From positions 291,648,001 to 291,712,000 of the forward strand of contig OZ024740.1 of NCBI GenBank assembly GCA_964016885.1: DNA of 64,000 nucleotides. Direction: 5' to 3'. The first letter of the stretch is position 1. Each line of letters opens with the position of its first letter. This document shows positions 37,051-50,443 of this stretch, piece after piece. Below the pieces are notes generated by a model. It searched no databases. It was given only the letters and a program-made list of their open reading frames with translations, and was not told the origin of the DNA. Source of the DNA: Eledone cirrhosa (taxonomy: Eukaryota). The translations under genes were made by a program, and so were the position numbers.

Positions 37051-40000
37051 AGCTGGGCGTGAAAATCGGATTACCTTCCGAACACGCCCAGGCCTACCAC
37101 CCTATGTACGTCCAAAGCTACGTGCTGCAGCTTCCTTGAATCGGAACTCAGCACAACATGAAAGTTTTAGTCTGCATGATGATGGGCAGATCTGGAGGTT
37201 TGTCAAGGCTGGTGAAACGTGGAAGAGAGATACCAGCTGGTCTGAGTGTGCTCTACCCACAATAACTGGCAATGTAAAAACTGCTACAACTCTGGGAAAC
37301 TAAACCAGAACAACCTGCCACCCTCTACAAACCATCATAAACTGCGAGCAGGGTACAAATTGTTGTCCTTAAATGCTCACAGTTTATGCAACAAGATACA
37401 TCTGTTTGAATCCTACGTCAGAAGCATCGACCCTGACTTCATCACAGTCACAGAAACATGGGCACATTCCTTACTCTGTGATGGGGTTTTCAGCATTACT
37501 GGGTACAACTTTTTCCGTAAGGACCGCATTAATCGCCGTGGTGGTGTGATGGTCTACGTTCGTTCAAACTTTTCGGTAATTCCTTGCGTTGATTTGAACG
37601 AATCACAGGAAGAAGTTTTTTTCTGTGACATACGTATGACCATGTCAACACTTCTGCTTGGTGTTGTTTATCGCCCCCCAAACTACCATCAGGACACACA
37701 GCTTTGCGATATCCTCAGAGTTGCTGCCAATAAAACAGCCACTTATGTGTTTATTGCAGGTGACTTCAATCATCCTGAGATCGATTGGGAAACCTTTCGT
37801 TGGCCACAAGGTGCAAACGATTTCCTTGAACTAGTGCTGGACTCAAACTGGTCACAAGAGGTGACAACACTGTGGACCTGATCTTCACCACTACTCCTGA
37901 AGTGGTTATCAGTTGTACTACTGAGGAACCTCTAGGCGACTCTGATCATGCTATGATCATTGCCAATCTGGCACTTGAGGGCAGCAACAAAAACCAGAGC
38001 CATCGCCAATCTGCTTGCTTTGATTGGAAGAGGGCGGATTGGAACTTGTAATGCACTGAGCTACAGCGCCCAAACTGGCATGAGATGTATAACTCTGGAG
38101 ATGTGAACACTATACTCCAGAGCATCCTGGACTCAATATGGATAGCGTGTGCAGCATCGGTGCCACGTAAGCGGAAAAATAACCACCCCAAAAGTGCAAT
38201 TTGGGAAACTTCAGCGGTCCGACTTGCCAGGAAAGAACGTCGGAGCGCTGAACGGGAATATAAACTGCATAGATCAGATGCCAACAGAAAAAAGCGGAAT
38301 AAATCTTCTAACCATCTCAAGCAAGTGACAAAGAAGGCAGTGCTTGAATTTGAACAGTGCATAGCAACCAATCCTGACAGTAAGGTGTTCTGGAAATATG
38401 TTCATTCAAAGCAGAGACCTCACTCTCCAGTTGGTCCTCTTCGCAATACCCACACAAGCCAGATCACTGACGATCCCAAAGAATGCGCAGAACTCATTGC
38501 TGAGTGCTATGCAAGTATTTTTACTGTTGAAAACCAGAATGTACCATCTCCACCATCTCTAACATCAAATTCCATAACAACTATGGAATTTACACCTGCA
38601 ATGTTGCAACGTCACCTTAAGAATAAGCGCAACTAAGGCTCCCCTGGTCTTGATGGTGGGACATACCTGCTTCTCAAAAGTGGCGGGTATTTCCTTTTGC
38701 GCCAGCTTTCTTTCTTCTTTCAATACTGTCTCAACAATGGTGCTACTCCGGAGCAGTGGAAAACTGCCAGTCATTCTCCTGTTCAAAAAGGGCAACCGCA
38801 TGTCACCTGTCAACTATCGTCCAGTCAGTCTTACTAGCTGTATGGCCAAACTGATGGAATCCTGTGTCAGAGAAACACTTTGGAACTTCTGGAGCTCTCA
38901 CAGCCTCATCCGGCCCTCACAGTTTAGATTTATCCCTAACTCCAGCTGCTGTGATCAGCTTATCGAGTTCCTTGAGGACATCACCCGGATCACTGACAGC
39001 GGCTCATGGGTGGATGTTGTTTACCTTGACTTTGCTAAGGCTTTTAATTCTGTGCCACACAAAAGACTTATGGCAAAACTCTCTGCAATGGGTGTGAGGG
39101 ATGATCTTTTCAACTGGTTGAAATCCTTCATTCTCAGCCGAAAAGAAGTAGTTACGGTTCTAGGACAGCATTCTTCACCATATGAGATGTCATCTGGTGT
39201 ACCACAGGGATCTGTTCTTGGTCCCCTTTTGTTTGTGGCATATATTAATGACATAGATGCCAACTTACAGAATGCCACGGTACTGAAATATGCAGATGAC
39301 ATCAAGCTGTACCTTGAAATCAAAAGGACTGATCTTGAAATTTACAACTCTTTCCTACAATCAGACCTGGACACAATGCAGCAATGGATCACAGACTGGC
39401 AACTGAAGCTGGCTGTGGACAAGTGTACCACCATGCATTTTGGAAGGAAAAATCCAGCGTCCACATACTCCCTCCACAACACTGATATCAAGAAGTCCTC
39501 TTGTGAACGTGACCTGGGCATTACTGTCAGCAGCGATTTGCGTTGGACAAAGCATGTCTCTAAGATTGTCAAGAAGGCCAAGGGTGTCTTGGCATCACTC
39601 AGCAAGACCTTTGTTAGCCGCTCTCCAGCCATCTATTTAAAGCTGTATACAGCTATGGTACGACCACACTTGGAATTCGCATCATCAGTCTGGAACCCCT
39701 ATCTTGCTCAGAACATTGACCTCCTGGAAACTGTTCAGAGATGTGCAACCAAGCGAATACCCTCCATCAGACACTTACCATACTCTGAACGTCTTGCTTC
39801 CCTGGGCATGGATTCATTGAAGCTCCGACGTCTGGCAATGGACTTGGTAAACACCCACAAAGTTATTATCCATCTCGCCAACAACAACCCTGAGCACCTT
39901 TTTGATCTCCATGTGTCTAACACACGTGGACATGCCTACAAAATCAGAAAACAGCACAGCTCCCATGACTTTCGTAGACATTTTTTCACGCTCAGAGTTG

Positions 40001-40391
40001 CTGAAGCATGGAACAAACTGCCTGCGTCAGTTGTTAGCTGCCGAGACACTGCATCCTTTAAGACACTCATGCTTCCCGAAATACGCCAAAACTACACCTG
40101 ATGTACCCCTTCCATACACATGCACACATGTGTGTATCATGACTCGTGGACTGTTCATTTTACTGTTTGTGCATTGCCCTATGTACTGTACATGCACTTT
40201 TTGATGAGTTGTGGTGCACCTGGGCACTGTACACAATATTTCATTATTATTATTGTTGTTGTTATTATATCATGACTCATACACTGTTCATTTTCCTGAC
40301 ATTTGTACATTATTCTATGTACTATACATGCACCTTTGATGAGTTGTAGTGCACCTGAGCACTGTACACAATAATTTCATTATTATTATTA
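37051..40391 (+). mobile_element. CR1-clade LINE, near full-length ORF2 (APE endonuclease + RT) with stops and frameshifts, (TTA)n tail
   Basis: SLNAHSL, ITVTETW, GVVYRPP, AGDFNHP, SDH; VYLDFAKAF, GVPQGSVLGP, KYADD, ERDLG, TRGH..FFTLRVAEAWNKLP. Confidence 0.95.
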
Positions 40392-41180
40392 TTATACCCA
40401 TATAGCAACACAACTGTAAGTAATATACCCACACTGCAACACAACTGTAAATAATATACCCACACAGCAACACAACCTTGCATAATATACCCATATAGCA
40501 ACACAACTGTAAATAATATACCCACACAGCAACACAATCTTGCATAATATACCCATATAGCAACACAACTGTAAATAATATACCCACACTGCAACACAAC
40601 TGTAAATAATATACCCACACATCAACACAACCTTGCATAATATACCCATATAGCAACACAACTGTAAATAATATACCCACACTGCAACACAACTGTAAAT
40701 AATATACCCACACATCAACACAACCTTGCATAATATACCCATATAGCAACACAACTGTAAATAATATACCCACACTGCAACACAACTGTAAATAATATAC
40801 CCACACAGCAACATAGTCTTAAATAATATACCCACATCGCAACCTTAAATAATATACCCACATAGCAACCTTAAATAATATACCCACACTGCAACATAGT
40901 CTTAAATAATATACCCACATAGCAACCTTAAATAATATACCCACATAGCAACCTTAAATAATATACCCACACTGCAACATAGTCTTAAATAATATACCCA
41001 CACTGCAACATAGTCTTAAATAATATACCCACATAGCAAGCTTAAATAATATACCCACATAGCAACCTTAAATAATATACCCACACTGCAACACAACTGT
41101 AAATAATATACCCACACTGCAACACAACTGTAAATAATATACCCACACTGCAACACAACTGTAAATAATATACCCACGCT
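40392..41180. repeat. 31-bp minisatellite with shorter variant units, right part
   Basis: Same unit as 36655-37050. Confidence 0.92.
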
Positions 41181-41799
41181 GTAAAACAACAGAGATACAG
41201 ACCCGTCTCTCTTCTGTGTATATACACACAACATTCTAGAAACACAAAGGTGAGATAGTCATATGGTGAAATAATCATAAGGTGAGATGTACCATCATAC
41301 AAAGCCAACTCTCTTCTATGTATATATACACAACTAGCTGGAAAACCTATATTTATAGGCCTGTTTTGTCATAAATCTGCTTTATCATAGTTGATATAGA
41401 GATTGGCGACAACAATTAGTATCAGACATAGTCTCAAGTGATCTGGTCCATCAAAAGTTAATGCTTGGGATACAGAACTGTACCAGTGAAAGGAATATTC
41501 TATGTGATCAGCCACTGTGATAGAAATAGCTGCCAAATTTCCCTCAAATCGCAACCCATAGTCTTTTTTTTTTTTTCTTAAAAAAAAGGACATATTGGGT
41601 GTTTTAATGTGAAATAACCTGCCATGCTGTTGGTCACAGTTCTGCTTGAGTAAAGCTGACCCAGAGTTAAACTACAGCAACTTGCTCTCAAAAATTATTC
41701 TAATATCTTAATAATAATAATTTTGATGAGCAAAAACTCCTCCTTGTTTTTAAGGCTTATAAATTAACATTTTAAACTAATAACGTTGATGATCACTCC

Positions 41800-42021
41800 T
41801 TAACCCTTTAGCATTTAAACCGGCCGTATCCGGCCAGAATTCTCTTTCTGTTCAAACAGGCTGTAACTGGACGCTCAGACTTATGTTAAGGTATTGTCCT
41901 TAAAATAAATAATATCAATATCTCATAGATCCGATATTATGTGAGATAATCATGTGAAATAAATTGTTTACCATGAAAATATAATAGTAAATATAAAGTA
42001 ATGTAAATGCTAAAGGGTTAA
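41800..42021 (+). mobile_element. Intact piggyBac-type MITE (~215 bp)
   Basis: TTAA-ccctttagcatttA...Taaatgctaaaggg-TTAA. Confidence 0.85.
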
Positions 42022-42100
42022 ATAAATGTTTTGAGGCAATTGGAATGAAAAAAGAAAACTTTATTGGAACATTTATTCAAGGCCAGTTCTTATTCAGCAG

Positions 42101-43124
42101 TACAAGGTCTGTTGAAAAAATATCAAACCTTAGGCTGAAAAAAATACTAGGTGCTGTTCAATTCCTAATCCCCTTCAAAGTAGCCCCCTTGTGCCTCCAC
42201 ACTCTTATCCCAGTGATCCTTTAACATATTGAATGCTTCTTCCAGATGGCTCTCAGCTCTGCTCTCGCAATCTCCATGATGTCCTCTCAGCTCTGACAGC
42301 CTTTCAGTGACATCTTCATTTTTGGTAGTAACCAAAAGTTAGAAGCAGCCATGTCTGGAGAATAGGAAGCCCTGATGAATAAGTAAAATGTCTTTCTTTA
42401 CCAAGAAACCTTGAATTAGCTGTGACAAATGAGGCATTGTCACAATGCAGCTGCCGGTTTTGCAAGGCCCACATATCTGATTTCTTGCACTGAACTGCAC
42501 CACAACAACATTGTAGGAGTTCTTGCTACTACAGTGAAATCCAGTTATAACAAAATTCACGGAGTATAAAAAAAAATTTGTTGTAACAAAAAATTCTTTA
42601 TAACGAGATCGATCGAAAAAAAATCAAGCGTTTGTTTGTTATTACCACGGGGATTAAAAAATTTTTTGTTATACTGAAAAATTCGTTATAATGGTATTCA
42701 TTATAATAGAATTTTACCTGTACTCTTTTTTAACTGTTTGTCCTTCTGTCTCATCAGTCAAAGAAAACAAGCAGCATTATTTTGATTCTGCTGTGCGTTT
42801 TGGGGGTCTTGGCAACATTAGATGCTCCCATTGTAATGACTAAGCTTTGGTTTCTGGGCCATACTCATACACCTATGTCTCATCTTCAGTTATCATGATA
42901 TTCAAGAACTCAGAATCCATTTTGAGGGTATTTAGCAAAATAAAAATATGACAAGCTAGTAGTGCAGCACCTCACAAGCTGACCACCTGACAGTGACTGA
43001 CACATCCAGAAAGCTTGCTAAAAATCATACATGTGCAGCTTCTCACATCACATTTTTGTCACCTTAATGCCATTACTTCCCACAGGAAAAATTAAAGGTG
43101 GATAGTTTTTCAACAGACTTCATA
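42101..43124 (-). mobile_element. Degenerate mariner with TACRAGGTCTGTTGAAAAA-type TIRs
   Basis: Minus frames MITEDET*VYEYGPETK and YSPDMAASNFWLLPKMKMSLKG; TIR pair. Confidence 0.8.
42532..42720. mobile_element. Tigger/pogo-like MITE nested in the mariner
   Basis: TA-cagtgaaatccagttataac ... ttataatagaattttacctg-TA. Confidence 0.65.
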
Positions 43125-43589
43125 AGTTGGGTTTTTACTCTTTTATTAAATCCAAACAGTGGTTTGAGGGCATGTTAGTGCACTACAGTCAAAAGAAATG
43201 CAAATTGACATATTTTCATAATAAAAGTTTCAAGTGCCAATAAATTATGACAAATATCTTATATAAAGAACAAGTTTGAAGGATTTATCTAAATATATGT
43301 TTTCAGTATTATGGAAGTTACTATCAAGATGTTACTGTCAAAAATTATTTATTCAAACTTCTATGTATTTACTTCATTTAACTAACACTTTATTCTAAAC
43401 ATGATTCATTTCTCTATTTTATATTGTAGAATAGTTACAAAAAAAATCACATTTCTAATCCAATTATGTTATAACAAGTTCACTTCACAAAGTTCATATT
43501 TACTGGACTACAAACAAACTCTTTTGTTTATTATAAAGGTTTCTACATTGGTTTTATAAATAGGCTTTTAGCATAAAATGTCTGACATA

Positions 43590-44116
43590 ATCACCAGGTT
43601 TAGTGCTAAACTATAATCTTAAAAAGTCCAAAATAAGTTGCCAGGTTTAGTATTAATCTTAAAAAGTCCAAAATAAGTCACCAGGTTTAATATTAATCTT
43701 AAAAAGTCCAACATAAGTCACACCAGGTTTAGTATTAAACTTAAAAAGTCCAACATAAGTCACCAGGTTTAGTATTAAACTATAATCCTAAAAAGTCCAA
43801 CATAAGTCACCAGGTTTAGTATTTGTATTTTCACAGTAAAAGCTTACATAATTATTTCACATAATATCAAATCTATGAGATTTTGATGTTATTTATTTTG
43901 AGACAATACCTTAATGTAGGTATGAGCGACCACTTACTACCAGTTTGAGCAGAAAGAGGTGAGAGAGTTCTGACCAGATATGGCCAGTTTAAATGTTAAA
44001 GGGTTAAACTATAATCTTTAAAAGTCTATCATAAGTCCCCAGGTTTAGTAATTAACTATAATCTTAAAAAGTTCAACATAAGTCACCAAGTTTAGTATTT
44101 AACTATAATCTTAAAA
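43590..44116. repeat. ~40-47-bp minisatellite (caccaggtttagtattaa..cttaaaaagtccaacataagt) interrupted by a reversed piggyBac-type MITE (~43825-44007)
   Basis: Tandem units; MITE end aaatgttaaagggttaa. Confidence 0.8.
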
Positions 44117-44446
44117 ACAGTATGGGCAAATATCAAATATAGGCCATAGATTTCAATTTAAAATAATCAATTCACAACCTTTATTGATCAATTCATAGAT
44201 CAAAATTCAATACATTTTTTCTGTAACTGAACTTCTGTTCATAATTAATTATTAGGTTGAAAGTCTGTTACACAAGTAGTAAGTTATCTAACTGTACTGA
44301 CACACTATATTTCATAAGAAAGGGGAGAGATCCATCTGTTGTACCATTATCATTTGACATAGCTTGTTAAAGCATAAGTAACAGTCAGATCAGTAAAATA
44401 TACACAGAACAGAATTCTAAGAGTTGGACTGTACTCAACCTTATGT

Positions 44447-44742
44447 TTAACTCTTTAGAATTTAAACCAGCTGTATCCGGCCAGAATTCTCTCACCTCTT
44501 TCTGTTCAAACTGGCTGAAACTTACTATTCATACTGATGTTAAGGTATTGTTCTCAAAATAGATAATATCAAAATCTCATAGATTCGATATTATGTGAGA
44601 TATTATGTGAAGATATTATGTGAGATATCATGTGAGGTATTATGTGAGATATTATGTGAAGATATTATGTAAGATATCAAGTGAAATATTATGTGAGATA
44701 CTACCATGAAAATACAATAGTATAGATAGAGTAAAAAGTTAA
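44447..44742 (+). mobile_element. piggyBac-type MITE with internal 12-13-bp (gatattatgtga) expansion
   Basis: Similarity to 41800-42021. Confidence 0.75.
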
Positions 44743-45371
44743 TGCATGTGAATGTCTATGTTTGGAGAATATAGAAAGCTGGAAGGCCAGGAGAAGAAAA
44801 GAATGAAAGAGTTTAATGAATGAGTGGATAACTTATAGTTTTGAATTTGTAATTTATTTCTAAATGCTATAATGTACCATTTCAATATATCATTTAGAGA
44901 GGTCTAGTGGTTAATGTGTTGGGCTTACAACTTTAATGTTGTGGGTTTGATTCCTGGACAGGATGTTGCATTGTGTTCTTCAGTAAAATATTTCATTTCA
45001 CATTACACCCATCTACTCAACCAAAACTGAATACCAATAGCAACTGGGAGTTAACCTCGTGATAGACTGGTGTTCAATGAAGCTGGAATAAGCTGAAGTC
45101 TGATAAGCCATTAATTAACCTTGTGATATATTTCTTTAATTTTTTTATCTACTCTTGAGTCTTGAATAATCACCCCCACCCCACCCCTTGTTAATTTTTC
45201 AGATTTTTTCCAACATGCTTACACACACATACATATACACACACATACATACAAATAGACACATACACATACAGATACACACACATATACACACATATAC
45301 ATACACACACACATAAACACACCTACACACGCACATTCACACACACACACAATGTATACATTATATATACA

Positions 45372-45757
45372 CGGTGGATTGGCAGTATCAGTAGAGGGTC
45401 GGACGCCATGCTTTGCAGCACAGTTACGCCCCTTTACGGACTGAGTTCAAATCCTGCTGAGGTTAACTTTGCCTTTCATCCTTACGGGGTCGATAAAATA
45501 AAGTACCAGTAATACACTGGGATAATTGCTGGCCTTGTGCCAAAAGTAGAAACAATTATTAGATTCCAAAATCAGGGTGGCGGATTGGCAGTATCTTTGA
45601 AGCATAGAGTTACCTCCCTTTATGATCTGAGTTCAAATCCCGCCGAGGTTAACTTTGCCTTTCATCCTTACAGGGTCGATAAAATAAAGTACCAGTAATA
45701 CACAAGGATAATTGCTGGCCTTGTGCCAAAAGTAGAAACAATTATTAGATTCCAAAA
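45372..45757 (+). mobile_element. Two tandem Nin-like SINEs
   Basis: Each ends agaaacaattattagattccaaaat. Confidence 0.85.
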
Positions 45758-46249
45758 TACAAACACAGAATAGGAGCATGTGTGGCATGATATTGTTAAT
45801 GAGTGTGACGAAGATTTTGATGAATCAATTAATCAATTTATTGGCTTATGTATTAGGTAATTATCTAATGAATTGATAAAATTGAAGCGAAAAACAACCA
45901 GTGTATGTGTTTAATTGGCATGACCCTCTTATTTAGAGACATACTAGTGGAAGCCCTTCACAAGGAGGATAAGGGGCTAGATACTTATAACATAGAGGAC
46001 ATCTAGGAACCTGCTGAGGATACAACCTGCTGAGGACCACAGATGAGATCTGTGGATGGGGGGAAGTATTAGCCAGATGGAAGGTGATGTGGTGGTGGAA
46101 CAGTTATGTAGATAGGGCCATAAAAGGTAAGGAATAGGCTTGGAAAGTCTGGAAAATGAGATGTAGGAGTAAACAATACCAGCTAGCTAGAAGAGAGGCT
46201 AGGAGTCAGGTTTGTTTAGCAAGAGAAGGGGCAGAAAGTAAAAGGTTTG

Positions 46250-46960
46250 TTAATGTTCTCCAATCAGAGGAATGAAGTAATTTTGATTGCAAGACAATGC
46301 ACAAGAGAGAACCAAGACATTTAGGAGGTTAAGTATGTACAAAATGACAGTGGTCCAGTCAGATACACGGAAATGTTACTACTGGAGGCTGTTGAATGAG
46401 TAGAATACATGGCAAAGTGAGGGTCTACTCCAAGTAGACCCAACAGAGGAACCAGATACCAAAGTTGACAGCAGTAATGTAGAAAAGATGATTAAGAATT
46501 TGAAGGTAGGGAAGGTAACTGATCCTTCAGGGATTATTGATGAAATTATTAAACTATCCAATGGAGCAAAGCATGGGCTAGACATTCATATTGTAAATCA
46601 GTTGTATAGAAAGGTATCATACTCAATGGCTGGTGTAGTAGCACCATTGCCAACTGCTACCAGGGTAAAAGAGATGCACCAGAGAGAGACAATTACAGAA
46701 GCATCAAATTGTTGAATCGGGTTATAAAGGTTACAGAAAAGGGATAGCAAAGTTGATTAGCGACATAATTAATCTTGATGAGATGCAGTTTGGTTTTATA
46801 CCAAGGAGAAGCATTACTGATGCCATCTTTCTAGTGAGGTGGCTACAAGAGCCCTTATATACAATATTTGTCAGCCTGGAAAAGGTCTTTGACAGAATCC
46901 AATGCTCTGTAATCTAGTGGACACTTAAGAAGCTAGTAGGGATAAATAAATAGTATGTGA
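46250..46960 (+). mobile_element. Highly decayed RTE LINE fragment
   Basis: MIKNLKVGKVTDPSGI; gatgagatgcagtttggttt (DEMQFGF); LEKVFDRI. Confidence 0.7.
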
Positions 46961-47990
46961 TAACTCTGGTGACATCAGGGGAGTGTCCAGAAGGTAGTTG
47001 AGTGTTGTGACATATGACAGTCAATTGACCCTGCTTCAAGTAGGCACAAGATAGGGAGGATGACTGGAAGAGGTTAGTAGTAAATGGCACGTATTATTGG
47101 TAAGGGTTGTATCTGTCAATGATTGACTACGAACCCAGATGAGGGACAATATGGAGGAAGATTAGATTTAATTTGCAAGTTTTTGGAAAGCAGCTCAGTG
47201 GATGAGTTATTGAGGAACAACAACAGTACTGCATTTTATTCACAACTGCTGAAGGAAAAGGTAGATAGGTTGAATATAAACCAGTTTTTCAGTGTAGCTT
47301 ATAGACTTGGTGAAAATGGAATTGTAAAAAAGACACCCACAAATAATCAAGGCCATTACCATGAGGGAATATATTTCCATGATCAAGACAATGTTCTGGT
47401 ACATGTAATCCAGGTGAGAGTAAGAAGAAGAGTTGGTGCCTCAGAATAGATGGGTGATGGAGTCATATGAGGAAAAGAAGTTGATGTCCAACAGTAGGTG
47501 ATATGAAAGAAATCAGTTATGATTAATAGAGAAAGAGGATGGTCTGGTCAAAGTAGGAGATAGGTAAAGGGAAAGATGAGTGGTGGAGTGAAAATAGCAG
47601 AGCTAATAGCAATGATGGAGGACAGGCTGTGCCGTCACACCTTACTACATAGTAGCAATGTCTAGAGGATCAAAAGAGGGTAAAATATTATAGGGTGAGG
47701 GTACATATAGTGACTGGAGCAGTAGGTGGAGGAGAGAACTTAGTAGGAGTACATTAGGAGCCTTGAAAATATTGGTGACCATGTTTTTACCAACGCTACA
47801 TGTCCTTAATTATTGCAGTCTTTTGTCATTTCTGTCATGAGGTTCAACTTTTTTAGGTTAGCTTTAACCATGTCAGCCTATATATATATATATATAATGG
47901 AAAAATTTGAACAGGAACAGGAACAAAACAGAGAGGCAGTACAACGAATGTTTATTAATTTCACGCTCTGGAGAGTGGGGTGGTGGTGGG

Positions 47991-48025
47991 GAACGACGTT
48001 TCGGGCATAAGCCCTTCCTCAGGTG
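47991..48025 (-). ncRNA. Minimal type-I hammerhead ribozyme
   Basis: Minus: ac-CTGAGGA-a-gggc-ttat-gccc-GAAAC-GTC|gt. Confidence 0.8.
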
Positions 48026-49478
48026 AGAAGTGTGTGGGAACAGAGTTCAAAGGGTGTGTAGGGGAGTGGTGGAGAGACATATAGCGAAAGGAAACGGTGC
48101 GAATGAAATTAAAAATAAAAATAAAAGTAAAGCATGATCAAAATAAAAAGAAATGAAATAAAAATAAAAATAAATATAAAAGCATGATCAAAATAAACTG
48201 AAATTAAAAAGGGGTAAAACAGGTGGTGGAAGGGTGTGGGGTGTGTAGGGGTGGTGGCGGGTGGAGTGGGGAGAGGAAGACGGGGTGTCCGAGCGGGGAG
48301 GGCTGAAGGTGGTGTGTGTGCGTAGGTGTACGTGTGTGTGTGTGTGTATGTGAAAGCAAGGGTTGGGGGAAGAATGGGGTTGCATGTTCAGGAAGAGGTG
48401 GGGGGGGGGATAGAGGGGTGGGGGAAGAGGAATCAGGAGGCTGAGGGTGTAAATATGTGGTGGAAAGTATGTGTGTGTGGGGTTTAAGCGTGTTGTGGGT
48501 GTAGGTGGCGTGTGGGAGAAAAAAATTTTTTGGGTGTGTGTGTGGGTGAGTTATATAGGTGATTCCGTAAGAGGATGGTTGAAATGTTGGTAAACTCCTA
48601 TGATGTTAGTAGATTCCACGGTGGTCAAGTTCCACAGACGAGTATTCCATGAAGAGATGGTCGGAAGAGGAGAGACGTGGGGTGCGCGCGCAACAGGAAG
48701 TGGTCAAGGCGGTGGGAGTGCTGTGTGTCTGTTTGTGCTGGGAGGTGGTCAGAGGGCATAGCAGCAGTCGGGTGGAATGGTAAAGGGGCGAGGATGGGTA
48801 GGTGTGAAAGTTGGAGTGAGGAGGGTGTGTGTGTGTATTAGTAGAGGTGTTAGTGGGATGAGTGAGTGTGGAGAAAGGGTGTGGGTGGAGCGGGAAGAGA
48901 AGGGTGTGTGTAGTTCGATGGAGGGAGTGTGGTGTACTGGTGTGTGTGTAGTTTGATGAAGGGGGTGTTAGTGGGTGTTAGTATACGGGAGGTGGGGAAA
49001 GGGTTGAATGCAGGTGTGAGTGGGGGTTAGTGGTGGTAGGGTGTGTAGAGTTGGTGGTGTACGAGGGTGTGTGGGTACGTGTGCGTGGGGTTGGGGGGTG
49101 TTAGTGATGTTAGTTGCGTGTGGGGTGGGTGGTGTAAGTAGGTGCGTGTGTTCGTGTGCTTGGGGTCAGGGGGCATTAGTGAGGTTAGTTGCGGGGTGGT
49201 GGGATGGAGGTGTGGGGGTGAGGGTTAGTGGTGGTAGTAGGGTGTGTGTTTAGTATGAGCGCGTGTATATATGTGCCGGTGGGTGTGTGCGTGTGATAAG
49301 GAGGGGGGAGGAGAAGAAGGGAGGGATGTTAGTATGTTAGTTGGGGAAGGGTGGTCGGATGAGGGGTAGAGTGGAGGTGTTAGTATTGTTAGTTGTGGGG
49401 TGGGCGGTGAAAAGGAGGGGTGTGTTAGTGGTGTTAGTGGGGGATATGTGTGTGTGGGGGGGGGGGGGGGGTCGAAGG

Positions 49479-49799
49479 CTAAAGGAATAAGGGTGGGGAG
49501 TTCAGGCCGGAGGGAGTGTGGGTCTGTAAGATGAAGATGGTTCTTTGTTTGACTCTAAGGAGATTGGAGGGTGTTCCGTTGCATTGGAGTAGGCCACATA
49601 CTGTGAGATGGCGTGCGAAATGTCCAGGGGCACCAAAGTGGCGGGCGATGGGGGAACTACCACCGAGACGAATATCCCGGAGGTGCTCAGTGAATCGGTC
49701 CGCCAGGCGACGTCCCGTCTGTCCGACATAAGTCGCGCTGCACTCCGTGCAGCGAAGTCCGTAGACTAGGTTGGAGGAGGTGCAGCGGAAGGCATGCCG
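49479..49799 (-). pseudogene. Penelope-type GIY-YIG endonuclease domain (106 aa, not in ORF track)
   Basis: My translation: RHAFRCTSSNLVYGLRCTECSATYVGQTGRRLADRFTEHLRDIR..IARHF..RVKQRTIFILQTHTPSGLNSPPLFL*. Confidence 0.92.
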
Positions 49800-49865
49800 G
49801 ACAGAGAGAGAGTTATAAAATAAGAAGAAGTAATAGACACAGATATATACCTATTTTTTCTTCAA

Positions 49866-49960
49866 AGTCCCGACTGTACAGTTTCGCTGGTCAGTTTGCA
49901 ACAATTGCACATAATAGATGTGCAATATTGTTGTGAGGCACACCAGCTTTTCAAGGAACT
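49866..49960 (-). ncRNA. Type-I hammerhead with U3:A8 core variant and long stem II
   Basis: Minus: agttcc-TTGAAAA-gctggt..caacaatattgcaca-tctatta-tgtgcaattgttg..accagc-GAAAC-tgtaca-GTC|gggact. Confidence 0.75.
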
Positions 49961-50365
49961 CCTCGGGGAAAGAACGCTTTCCAGACACGTTCGTAGTAAG
50001 TGAGAAAATCTCAGAAGGCAGAGGGAGAAATTACAACGTGATACGCCGGTCAAGAAAGGGAGCTGAATCCCTTGTAGCAAGTGAAAAATATCTCAAAAGG
50101 CAGAGGGAGAAATTAATACATGATACAGAGGTTACAGGCGGGTAATATATATGACAAACTTCCAAGTGCTGGAGTCACGACAAAACACACCTGGTGCACT
50201 TTGTCATGTGCAGGAACATATGCAAGTGAGAGCAAAGAGGCATAGGGCTTGCCTGGCTGAGAGATCAGTAACTCCGACGAAGTACTGACTCGGTCTATGA
50301 TGACCTTTCCAACCTGTGTTAGCAGGGAAAAATGGATGTTAAATGATGATGATGATGGTGTATGT

Positions 50366-50443
<78 letters not shown>

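Larger units (their letters stand above)
47897..49800 (-). mobile_element. 5'-truncated Penelope-like element: GIY-YIG domain, ~1.5-kb 3' UTR/pLTR, hammerhead, AATAAA, ending in (TA)n
   Basis: See sub-features; all on the same strand in the expected order. Confidence 0.85.

Noticed and set aside
45372-45460. tRNA genes
   Set aside because: A/B boxes are SINE heads; no cloverleaf evident, and they are followed by SINE bodies
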